From contig JAYWIR010000008.1 in the NCBI GenBank assembly GCA_036172245.1, forward strand, positions 992,001 through 1,056,000: a stretch of 64,000 nt of DNA, read 5' to 3'. Of this stretch, positions 11,211 to 22,699 are shown one piece after another. Position numbers and translations under genes: made by a program. The notes beneath the pieces are model-generated. The model made no database searches, was not told the origin of the DNA, and saw nothing but the letters and a program-made list of their open reading frames with translations. This stretch comes from Raillietiella orientalis (Eukaryota). Position 1 is the stretch's first letter. Each line of letters begins with the position of its first letter.

Positions 11211-12713
11211 TATTCATAAAGTAAAATTTGGGTCCTCCAGGGTTTTTTTGATTGATGTTGCACAGGTGTGGCAAGCAATCTTGGAACCAGGTTTGCGAAT
11301 TTGGGCTTCCTATGAAAAAGCAGTGCCAAAGATGGGATACAAAACAGTGATGATGTGGAGGCTTAACAAGAAATTCGGTTGCCATACAATACTTCACACA
11401 TTTTGATGCTTCACACTAGTACCAAAAGCAAGCCCAGAGGCCATTTACCGAGTATCTGTGAGGCGAAGCTTTAGCAGAAAATCTGCTTGTAGTCTGCCTT
11501 GTGTTCATCTGTGTCATGGTTTCATGAAAAGTCCTGCACGATTGCATATTTTCAAGACAGATTCGATGGGCTTTCCTTTGACCATCATATCACCTTTGAT
11601 TTCTCAAGAACTGGGCTTTTTGTTTTTCACAATGCATCCATGAATATGCAGAAACGTGTGCAGATGCCTGACTGGCTTAAGTAAGCCAGTTATTTGTCCT
11701 GATCGGAAAGGTTCCCATGAGCAGTGAAAGCACATATGAAGAACTGTCTGTGTGCAACATTGTGGGACACTCTTGAGTGTATTACTAGTGTTGGCAGGAG
11801 GATGTTCATGGGGAAAAAGGCCGATAGTTAAATCACAAATGTAGGTTACCAAATGTTATTGGGGTTGACATCTTTCTGCCTATACTGTGTTGCAAACGTT
11901 GTAGAAAAACAAGCGGATCACAGGAACCATTCCCTTCTCCGTACCAAATCGGTATTTTCTATAATCAATGTCTGTGATGATGGAACTCATTTGCTCTGGG
12001 ATGCGAAGACAGTTTAAATTTCCTTTGCCCGTCTTAACAGCCGTTTTTCTTTTCTGAAATTCTGGTGCGAAAAATGAAAATTTGGCAAACAAAATCTACA
12101 GTCGCACGTGGGCAGATTCGGGAGGATGCTTACCAGTTTTCCCCCCAAGCTCGTTTTTTTTTTTTAAAGTACCTGAGGCCTTGCCTTTGGATGTTTAGCG
12201 TTTCGTTGCAGCTCCTCCCCTCGGGGATCTTATCAAATTCGGCTCTGCACGGTGCGCAGGCTGTTTCGTTTCTATCCGCGAGATGAAATAGAAATGGTTG
12301 AAAGTTTCCACAATCTACGTAGTCTGGTTCGTTTCGGGTAGCACCGTAGTATCCCCCTGGCCCAGCGTGTCCTAACAACTCGTTGACCTTTTTTGAGCTA
12401 ATCCTGAGGGTGCAACACTGGAATCAAACAACTTTTGGTCTGCAGTGCTGTTTGTTTCTTCCCACGCATTCCGTGTGTGCGTCTGTTCATGTTGTGAGTC
12501 CAAACAGTCGCTGACTCAAGCTCTGGGAATTTTTGGAAGATTGTCGTTTCGAACAGACGTGTTGCTTCTCGACTAACCATGAAGAGTCCCCTTGCAAAGA
12601 GGACCTCCGGAAAACTTGAAGGAGAATGCTCGCAGGGGTTTAGCAGGTTGCAGGGTGCATTCTTTGCCAGTGTCTTTCTATTCATGAAGTAAAATTTGGG
12701 TCCTCCAGGGTTT
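11211..12713. repeat. Dispersed duplication (core 11211-11245 and 12679-12713) within decayed TE-like sequence
   Basis: TATTCATRAAGTAAAATTTGGGTCCTCCAGGGTTT occurs twice with one mismatch, with weaker similarity in the flanks. Confidence 0.75.
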
Positions 12714-15579
12714 GTTTGTTTGTTTGTTCAGATGCCGTACAAGCGCGGCAAGCGAGGTCGAGAACGAAACCTGTGAGTTCCATCAAGCCTCAAGGTGTGT
12801 CGACTGTTTCGGAGATGTGAAAGTCGTGGGGCTTCAGTGCTCCTGCACTCACCACACGGGTAACTCATGAAGAGAATGCAAAAAGGGTTGCAGACCGTGA
12901 CGGGGGGAATAAAATTATTCTTTTCATTGCGTATGTGCAAGTTGGGAAGGAAGGGTTACCTTGGCACAGAGCAGTCATCGGCTTGATCAGCAAAGTGCTC
13001 CTAGAGTTGCTCTCAAAACTGTGGAGGTCCATCTCTTGCAAGGAGTCTTAGTCTGTTCCCCTGAAACGGCGCCGGCGAGCCACATGACCAAGGATTGCCC
13101 ATTTTCCAGCCATTTTTGGCGTCTTCATCCAAGCACGAGCTGTAGGATCAACCGAAAGCGGCCCTTTCCATAAGGGTAAAGGTACGCCTAACAGATGACC
13201 GGAGAGACGGTCGGTTGCGGGCATCCCGGGTGCCTAATGATGGCCTCTGCCACGATGATGGATGCGGTTCTGAGTTGAGTTCCTAAGTGGTATCCGTAGT
13301 GATGGAAGCAGCAGCAATGGCGGCAGTGTCAGTGGTGCTGATCACAGTGAAAATAACAAGAGTGATGCTCATCTTTAGCAACCCTCTCTTCTCGTAGCTT
13401 TCAAGAAATTCTACTTTCGAAGAGGAGGGATTTGCTCGAACCTCACCCTTCTCCCGTCTTTCTGTCCCTTCCCCCCCCTCCTTCTTGCGGAAAGAAGTTC
13501 GACGGGGAATGGGTGGCTCCCCCCCCTGGCAGCATGAACTTCAACGCGATAAAAAGTTCGGCCGATTCTGCGAAGGTCAGCGGGCAGCTTTGCTTTCGGA
13601 TTTTGACCCGTCAGCAACACGCGGTTCTCGAGGTCTCCGAAGGAGTCGCCATCTTGCGGAGCGATCGCTGCGTTCCGGAGAGAGGACTCAGGGCCGTTGG
13701 GAGCTGCCCCGAGGGACAAAACTTATGTAGGAGGCAAGCAAAGGACCTGATAGATTTGAGGAGGAGGAGGAGGGGAAGGGGAGGGAAGGACTCTTTGAGT
13801 TAGTAGTCTTGGGCCGCAGAAGATTCTCTTCTGCGGAGTGAGACGAAGGAAGAAGGTGCAGAAGACCGCGTTGATCTCGCAAGACGCTCGCGCCTCCTGG
13901 CGTTTCCCAAGCCCAGACCGGCCCGGCAAGGGTAGCAGTTACCTCACTTCAGTCGTCAGAAGAGCAGCTGGCGAGGGCGCTCTCCTGAGATGTTGAGGGC
14001 AGTCGCAGCCTTGGAAAAATCGAACCACGCAGGGTCGTCCACCTGAAATTCTCTTTGTTGCATCCCAATCGCAAGGATATGGTAGCATTGGCCCTCTCTC
14101 TCTCCCGAAGAGTGCTGGAATCCCTCTCTTCCGACCGGAGCGCTCAAGTCACAGGGACCACTCTGTCCACAGGAGCTTCAAGGATGCGGTGAGCGCCATT
14201 TACCCTGCAGATCAGAAAAGATGATGACCTTTCGTCCTTTCTTTCTTTTTTTTCTACCATCAGCTAGAGATGAGGCACTGTGGCTTCCATGGTGGCAGCA
14301 GTGCCAGCGGGTCTCCTCTCCACCTTCACACACATTCTTCCCCCCTCCCCGGGTCTCTTTCTCTCTCTTTGTCTCCCTCTGAGGCCGACGGGCGATCCGC
14401 TCTGCTCATGTCCTCCTTGCAGGACGCGGGGGATCGACCTGACCCATCAAATTTCGATGCATGCGTGTACATCAATCCATACATAAACACATATGAATAT
14501 ATATGGTAAACGAATCTATTATTTTCTATAATCATTGTAATATATATTAATCTGCATACTAATCTGAATGAATATAGGTATGCAATAGATATATGATTGA
14601 TTATATCAATATGTACATAAACGTATATATTTATTTTTTGTTATCATTGAGGATATCATTGAGCTAAACCCCTATTGCGGGCCTGCTGCATGTAGTTTCA
14701 ATCAGAGTTTGGCTTCCCTCGCTGCTGCGTTCCTGTGGGAGTTCAGGAATCGTTTCCCGATCCCCATCGGCACCGGTCTCCGTTCCAGGGATTCGTTTCA
14801 TCCTTCTGCCAGAGGCCGAGACCCAGCACTTGCTTCGAGCGCACCGACACTTCCGAGGTAGGGTCGGCGCGGGATCCGGGGTGCTGCGTGCAGTCGACCA
14901 CTCGGAGACCCACCGCCGCCGCCGTCAACGTGTCAGCGCTCCGGATCCCCCGGGGTCGGCATTCTCCATTTCCCGATGTCGATTTTCCAGCCTACTTCTC
15001 CTGTCCCCGTCGTCTTGGCGATGCTGATGCACGAGCTTTCTGGTTCTTCCTGGAGAACGCGGGGTCGCCGGGGTTTGAACCCTGTCACTCCGGGGAGTTT
15101 TTTTTTGCAACACACACAAAAATAACAAACCACAAGTTTGAGAGGAAGCAGGATATCCCTTTAAAAAAACAAGGAAGGCCAAAAAAAAATTCAGAGATGA
15201 CCACCGGCACACAGACCGACTTCCGAAGAGTGGGGAATGGAGGGAGGAGGCAACAAATAAATAAAAAAAGAGGGGAGGGTGGGAACAGGGACCTTTGGTA
15301 TGAAACGTTCCATTACTTTTGGAAGCGGCTCTGGATGGTGGCGATCTCCTTGGCGACTTATTTTGGCAGGTGAAGCCACCTCGCTGCTGCCCTCATGAAG
15401 GCTGCTGCCATGCTGGTGGCCTCTCTTCGCCAAGAACTTGATTCCAGCACATGATGGACTGTCATGGATGGCGCGGATGCAACCGATTGCTGGAAACAAA
15501 GCGCCTCTCTACAGTCCGCCTCCGGTGAAGGAGCGCTGCAGCAGGGGGTCTCTGGGCAAACCAGGCCGGATAAGAGGTT

Positions 15580-16455
15580 CCTTCCGGCTTGCTGACTTGC
15601 GCACCAACGAGCGCAAGTGGGCGACTGGACGACGGACCAGCTCACCTACTCTAAGACCCCGATTGCTCAACCTCGTGGACTTTTGCGCTTGAGCGTGCTA
15701 CTGGGTATTCCAAAGGAAGACCTGCAGTGGCCCCTGGAGCTCAAGAACACTCGCATCCTTCCCTTGAAGTGGCAGGAGTCAGCGTTGATGTTGCTGCACT
15801 GGGGCCTCACGTGCAACTCCCGCCGGAATCACTGGACACGAGGGGAGGGGTGGACCCAAACTGTGCAAGGTGCGGGGAGCGGGAATCCCTTCCGCACCTC
15901 CTAGTGGACTGTGTTGCCCTCTGGGAACGCCTTGCCTCGATCTTTGGAACCCCTGGAGGCAACGCTTGGGACGTTTCGAAGCGCCTCTTCCTGCGCAATG
16001 CCCTCACGCCGGCCGCGTCCCTAGCAGCACTCTGCTGCCTACGCGGGATCGTAGCTGCATAGAGCAATGCCAGAGGAGGCCAGAACGAGAGGGACGCCAT
16101 CTATTTTGCTGCCCTCTTCATAAGGCTAGCGTCAAGATGACACCATCTGGGAGTCTTGAAACAGGAACTTGCCGGCATCCTGGCAAGGATGCAGAGGATG
16201 TCCTCCAGAACACAGTGATCCCTTCCCGAACCTCCCTCACCCCATCCATTTTTTGACCGTATGTTTTTGTTTTATGTTTTTCTTTTTGTTTGTCTCTTCT
16301 TCCCCTGTTCTGCCGATGAGAACCCCATTAGCCTGCGTGCCAGTTCCTGGCAGGTTCCTTCTCGGAGTTATAACTAACGTGGCAGGATCAAACGTACTGC
16401 CACAGACATGTGTGTTTATTTTTTATAAATAAACACTTCTCCGTCACCGGGTGTC
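15580..16455 (+). mobile_element. Tx1/L1-clade LINE, short degraded 3' fragment (copy 2)
   Basis: TRILPLKWQESALMLLHWGL, CARCGERESLPHLLVDC (frameshifted), T-rich UTR, AATAAA 16428-16433, terminal CCGGGTG. The 5' boundary is approximate. Confidence 0.9.
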
Positions 16456-17409
16456 AACCAGTGCCGCACCCGAAGTCAACCGAGGTTAACCAGCATCATC
16501 CTGAGGAAAGGGAGGGAAGACTCGGAACCCACGAAGCACCCCCCGTTCGATCTTTCCCCTGGTGGAACTCAAACCCGCGACGCATCCGCAGCCGCCAGGT
16601 CGCCAGGGCAGGCCCATCGTCTCAGAGCCTACGGGCGTCAAGGATGCACAGAGAGGTGCGCACTCTCAGGGTGCTGGGAAACGACGCAGGGATGACCGCG
16701 GAAAGATCTTGGTGGCGCCTCCCCAGGAATGTCCAGGGGGCATTTCGCCTGCCGCGAACCGTTTCGGAGTCACGGACGATAGTCGCGCCCACCCGTGGCG
16801 CGTTGCTCTTCCTCAGTTTGGCCATCTCACGGAATCGGTCGACTCGCACTGACCTGCGGTCGAAGCTTGACCTGGAGGGTCGGGTTCGACGTCCAGGAGG
16901 GCGAAAAAATGCAAGGAGAGGTCGGCCATCGCAAGGAGGACCAGCCTGAAAGGTCGCGAACCTACCGATCCTCTCAGCTCTCGGCCTTGGGGCGGGCCGG
17001 AGGGTTCCTGCTCCCCTCCTCAGAGGCAAGGGGTTCCCAATGAGAGAAAGCGGGTGGTCAATTGCACCCGGCCGGGACGAGGAAGTGCTCGAGGCGGTCT
17101 GCAGTGACCCTGACCTGCAAACAGGCAGTGGGGAGCTGGTCGGTGACGAATCGAACTTTCTGGTTGCTGCCGGTGCCGTCCGGAGTTTCCCTCAGGATGG
17201 CTGGCGCCCGTCGAAGTGGAAGGGAAGAGGAGAGACTCATCGTAGAAAGCAGCAATCAGAGCGGCTTTGGGTAGGGAATGACCTCGACCTCTCTTCGAAC
17301 TTAGAAGGGGTGGGAGGTCCGGAGCGCTTCAGCACTGAAGCTCGGACTGCCGGATCCCCACGGGCGCCCAGCAGATCCATTTTGGTAGACGAAACTGGCG
17401 TCATGGGAT

Positions 17410-17845
17410 GAACCAAACATGGGCTATTGCGCGCCCCATGCGACCTTCCTCAGTTACTATGGAAGACGTCGGTTGCCATGGTCGCCGAAGGCAGGGCGGT
17501 GACCATGGAAGTCAGAATCCGCCAAAGAACGTCGTCAACGACTGACCGTACGGAGCGACTGGTTCTAAAACTGAATGGCGCCGCCGTTGAAATTAAAAAA
17601 AAATTGCGCTCCGGTGTTGGGCCTGCACCGAGCCGCCGAGACAGAGCCGCTCCTGCCCTCTGGCCGTTGCGCCAGCGGAAGGGTGAGGGACGCGCGCTCT
17701 CCCGTAGACGCTGCCGCCGGCGCAGACCTTGGTGGCAGCAACAGGAGCCCCGGTGAGATCGTAAAGGTCTGATGAGACCGAGGGGCTCATGAGAGACACT
17801 CTTGCGTGTGCGCGGTCAGGTCGATGCTGAGAAATCTGCCATGCT
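17410..17845. repeat. ~430-bp dispersed repeat, copy A (copy B 26155-26585)
   Basis: Shared blocks such as ACAGAGCCGCTCCTG.CCTCTGGCCGTTGCG, GGAAGGGTGAGGGACGC.CGCTCTCCCGTAGACGCTGCCG, CAGACCTTGGTGGCAGCAACAG and ATGGAAG.CGTCGGTTGC. Confidence 0.9.
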
Positions 17846-19008
17846 CAATGCTAATGGAAAAAAAAAAAAGTTCATGGAGTGGTAAGAAATAATTTTAGAT
17901 TGCACATGCTCAGTTTGATAGAAGCTCAGTTAGGACCTCGGCGTGCACGTCATGCAGTGGCCACCTGTTGAAAATTCTTCCTTTGCGAGATGCCGCTATC
18001 TGAATTTTTCCCTCCCCAGCCAGCAGCTCATCCCTATCACTGTGTAAGCCGCGAAGACGGAGTCATCACTTACTAATGCTGAGAGTAGGGAGTGGGGAGT
18101 TCCGTAGGGAGTTCCTCCAAGAGAGGGATAGCCTGAGGGGGAAAGGACTCTTGGTGAATGGAGTGCCGAGGTCAGGTTCTCAGAAGACGCCACTGCGGGC
18201 GGGAAGCGACGAACCGTCGTGAGCGGTCCGCTCCTGGATGGGATTCCGGGCAAGCGGCAGCGGCAGAAAAGCAGAGCTCCATCAGAGAGGAAAACGCGGG
18301 ATTTTCCAAGGCTGAAGGAAGGAAAAACCAGGGAACAGGACAGCGTGGTAGGGGAGATTTCTGCCAGACGGCAGATCAGCCCCTCTCCGCAGGTGGCAAA
18401 GCAGGGCAAGGAAATCGGGAGAAGTCTTTCAGAATGCAATGTAGCTGCTACCAGAGGGAGTGGGAGATCCCGAAGTCACGAAGAGGTCGATACGGTGAAG
18501 CGAGTGGGCCGTGAAGCTGCCCGGAACGCTTGGAGGCGACACGAAGGAGCTACGTGAAGCGGACGGCCCAAGGGCGTGGTCAGGAAGGATGAACAGCCGA
18601 GAGGTACCTCGGTGGAAGGCATGGAGTCCCCTATGTCGGAAGGAGGAGTCCAAGAAAGAGGGCTCCCCACTGTGCGGTTGTCTAGCCCGGGCTATCATCC
18701 AAGGGAGAAGGAGACTCTTCTGATCCGCAAAGGGCACATCCATTCCTCCTCCCGAGACCTTCGCTGCTGACCAAGAAAAAGCTGAACGTGCGTTTCCGTT
18801 CCAGAGAGACCACGAGAGGTCACGACGTGCAAGCAGGACCTTCCTCATGACACGGGAGCAAGAGATATATCTCCCGAGGGAGCGCTCAAAAGTCCCTGGG
18901 ATGACTTCAGGGGTTACCACGGCCAGCTCCCTGAAATGCTAGGTGTGGTGTGAAGTGCGTGCTTCTCGCCTAGTGGAAAATGAGCAGAAGAGGTGCAGAG
19001 GGCGGAAG

Positions 19009-19392
19009 ATAGCTCCCGAGTCCGGAAGCGGAAAGTCAGCAAAGAAGGCTGGTAAAGCTCAGACGAGCATCACAAGAGGAGGCAAGAAGAAGCGGAAGAA
19101 AAAGCGGAAGAGGAAAGAGAGTTCCGCAACCTGCACTTACAAAGTGTTGAGACAGGTGCACCCGGACACGGGCATCTCGAGAGAGGCGACGTCGATAGCG
19201 AACAGCTTCGTGGGCGGCATCTTCGAGAGGCCCGCTGCGAACGCCTCCCATTTGTCTCACCACAACAACGTGCGACTATCATCAGCCAGGTAGTACAGAC
19301 GGCAGTGCTCCTGCCGTTGCTCGGGGAACCGGCCAAGCACGTCGTTTCGGAGGGCACGAAAGCGGCGATACAAGGACAAGAGTTCGAAGTAA
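19009..19392 (+). pseudogene. H2B: Histone H2B pseudogene
   Basis: [67 protein letters not shown]. The start appears mutated to ATA, there is a TAG at 19291-19293 and a terminal frameshift, and many invariant residues are substituted. Confidence 0.93.
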
Positions 19393-21188
19393 GCACCGCG
19401 CGATTGCTGTCGCCCGGTCACCTCTCTCTGCCAAACCAACATGGAGACATGAGCATGCGGCAAGACGAAGCGAGGTCTTCCGGGGACGCGTCCGATGCCG
19501 GACGCACGCGGGACAAACGGGAACCACGGCTTCCGAGGTGGGAGACCTGCGAGCCGGACGAAAAAGGCGCACCTTCATTGGAGCACGGGAGCAGGTGGTA
19601 ACCCTCTCCCTGGAGACCGGAAAGGCACGATCGCCCCGCTCCGCAGATGGATCCGGATGCAAAGTCTTCCCGGAACCTCACAGTCAGCCGAACCACTGGG
19701 TACAGGCAGACTTTCATCCTCGGGGATCCCCTCCATGCGTCCTCCGCGGCACGCCGCGCAGGCGGTCTCGAGAGGCGCTGCCACGGCTACCACAGGGAGG
19801 CGCCGGCTGCCCGTTCGACGGGGCAGGCGAGGGCGCGCAGCTTCTTTCATCCCCTGTAATCCCTTCTCCCCTTGAAGATCCCGGATCTCGACGATAAGCG
19901 CCGCTCAACCGTTGCACAGGAGGAGAATCGCGGGTCGCGTCCTGAGCAGGCGGGGATGCCTCGGGGGCGAGGTTTCTTTCTTCCTGCCCCGCTATCAGGC
20001 TTCGCCGCTTCCGGGTTTGTTCCCGAGTTTTGCGGAGTCCCCTATCTTCCGGCTCTCTAGAATATAGCCCTCTCTTCGTGGCCGAGCTTCGCCCCTCCAG
20101 GAACTCCGGGTGTGCCTTGATCCTTTCTTTGGACTCCTGGAAGCCCGCGAGAAGCTTCTCCGTCCTCTGGGTCGCTCTCCACGGAAGCACCCTGGTACGA
20201 GAATTCCGGGAAGGTCTCGTTTCCCCAAAGCAGGGAGGATCTTGGCGAGTCCGGGGAAGAGAGAGGATTCCGAATCGCAGAGGTTGGGATCGGGAATCTG
20301 GACTGCCTCACTGACAGGAGTTTCCGGGATAAAAGTCTCTCCAGAGGGTTTGGGGAAGGGGAGGGCCATCCATTCAGCGCAACGGGAGTCGACTGGCTCC
20401 GTCAAGAGACATCCTCGCGGGGGCATCCTAGCTCCGACGGATGGGAAGGGGAGGCTGATACTCAATCCTTCCAGGAAGATCGAGGTCTTCACCCCACCCA
20501 TCTCCGGTCTCCCTTCCTGAGGGGGTAAAGGGGTTTTTCTCCTCTGTCACTCTTTTTTTGGCTCCCCGTTTCTTCTTTTTCCTTTCCCGCGGGAAGATCG
20601 AACTGCTGCGGCTCGACCCCGTTTCCAAGGAAACGGGGTCGACGACCTTCTTCCGGGGGCGTCAGCTAACGGCTCACGGGAGTCCTTGTCGCCGTAGAGA
20701 CCGGCGCGCGCTCAGGCGCGTCCTGGTAGCTCAGAAGAGGTCACTGGGTCCCGAGGTCAGGCGTGCCTCTCCGGAGGTCGATCCCTCTTGAGCGGATTGG
20801 ACGCCCCCGTTCCCTGCGGTACGAAGGAGGGGGAAGTGAGGCGGCGCGCGCCCCAGTTCGCCACGGCATCCCCTTTAAGGAAGGGCCGTCTTCAGTTTCC
20901 GGGTCAGCGCAGCTCCGGGTCCCCGAGTCTCCCCTCCCTTCTGATTGGCCGAGGGATGAAGACCCCCGGGAGTGGCGACACGGAGCCCTGGTCCAGAGAA
21001 AAGAGACACAGTCAGCGTGCGGTTTTCGAGGTGTGCGGGGAGGGAGTGCAGCTCCGGGAACATGCCTGGGCAAAGAGGGGGAGGGAATACGGGGAGGGAA
21101 GGGGAGGAAGGAAGAGAGAGGAAGGATGCGGATCCTCCCTCTTCCCGGACCCGTCCCCCCCCTCTTCTCACGGTGGCGATGTTTCCAG

Positions 21189-21965
21189 ATGAGAGGAATT
21201 TTGGCGGTCCTTCTGTTCGGAATCGGCTCAGCCGCCGACCCCACCGTGAAGAGGGAGGGGGCGCAGCACGTCCAGGAGGACTCCCCTCAGGGTCCCCCTC
21301 CTCAGGTGTCCTACGCCCTCCAGAACCAGGCACCCATCGCTGCCGCGTCCGTCCTGCAGCAGGGAACTGTTGGGACACTCCACCAGAGACAATACGACCC
21401 CCCCTTCATCCCCGTGTCTGAAAAGGAGAGCCAGTTCTCCCCCGAGAAGCAAGTCCCGGGCCCATTTGGATACTTCCCTTTCCAGCTTCCCGCCATCGTA
21501 TACCAGCCGCCGTACAACAGTAAGTCCCGTCCACATGTCCCCACGGACAAGGAGAGGGAGGGAGTGAAGCGGAGAAAGGGGTGGTGAATGTGAGAGGGAA
21601 AGGGGGCGGCCAGTTCTCTTCCCCACCCCCCTTCCCCGCTGCAGTGCGATCCCGGGGATATCCTCTGCTTTCCAGTTCTCCTGCCCATCAAGGGGCTCGT
21701 GGTCAAGTTCCTGGCCGCCATCGGCGCCGCAGTAGTGGCGGTGCCCATCTTCCTCGGCTTGCTGGGCTTCTTCGCCCCTGTCATCAAGCTGCTCTGGCTT
21801 GGCAAGCTCAAGTTCTCCAAGCTCACCCACTTCATCAAGAAGGAGGGCGCTGTCGACGCCAGGAAGCTGAAGGCGACGGTGATGGACCTGTCCCAGATGG
21901 TTCAGGGAGCCATCGAGAAGTACGCCCGTGCGTACGACGCCGCCAACGCTATACCGAGACAATAA
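21189..21965 (+). CDS. Uncharacterised secreted/membrane protein, ~206 aa; exons 21189-21519 and 21676-21965
   Basis: Signal-like MRGILAVLLFGIGSAA, P/Q/Y-rich segment, GTAAGT donor and TTTCCAG acceptor in matching phase, long hydrophobic stretch, C-terminal DLSQMVQGAIEKY. Strong GC3 bias. The stop overlaps AATAAA. The ATG is directly preceded by an acceptor-like TTTCCAG. Confidence 0.8.
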
Positions 21966-22699
21966 AGAGTTGACCCGCGGTGGGCGGCGGCTCCGGCAAG
22001 GGACCGGGGAACCTGGCCTGAGGGAGCAGCGCGAGCCGGGGAGGTAGGCAGGGAAGAGGTAAGCGGATTCCCAGGAAGGGGTGGGGAGGGGAGCAGCGAG
22101 GCTCTTCTCACGCATCCAACTCCCGGATGAAAAGGGACGAGGGAGGAACGGATCCGACCTGGAGTTCCCGTTCCGTGAGGCACTTCCTGGTGCACAGCAC
22201 GGGCGAGTGTGCGCGGGAATGGGGGATCCGCCCACTTGCACTCCCTTGGGTTTCCTCCTCATCTTCCCAAGAGAACCCGGGCCTATGGAAGTTCCTCCCT
22301 GGACAGGAAGCGCGTTGCAAGCGTTTCCCGGGATCGAAATTCTCTAGCAGCACGTACAAGATTCAGATTCAGGATGCGAGCGTGCCACGCTCTGTCTTCG
22401 AGTGGATGAGTCCCCCCGGGTCAAAGTCTTTTGTGCCAGACGCGCTCGACTCCTGGATCACCCCGGCAGGTGGATGGCAGTCGCCCGCCGCCGATCCCGG
22501 GAGCAAAGTTGACGCGGAGCTCCCTTCATCCTGCAGACCGAGGCGAGGGTCGCATGGTGGTCCATTTGTGATCTCGTCCTGCTCCAGGGACCACGTGTCA
22601 CGAGATTCAGAACGGAGTCGCTTCGGAACTGCCCCGACCCTGAGGGTGCTGCACCTCGGGTGAAACGCGAGGAAGTTTCGGGTTTCGTGATGGAACACC

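Noticed and set aside
15061..15096. tRNA/SINE B-box-like GGTTCAAACCC on the minus strand
   Set aside because: No cloverleaf, A-box or second copy.
21228..22262. 344-aa minus-strand ORF
   Set aside because: Antisense shadow of the GC3-rich orphan gene.
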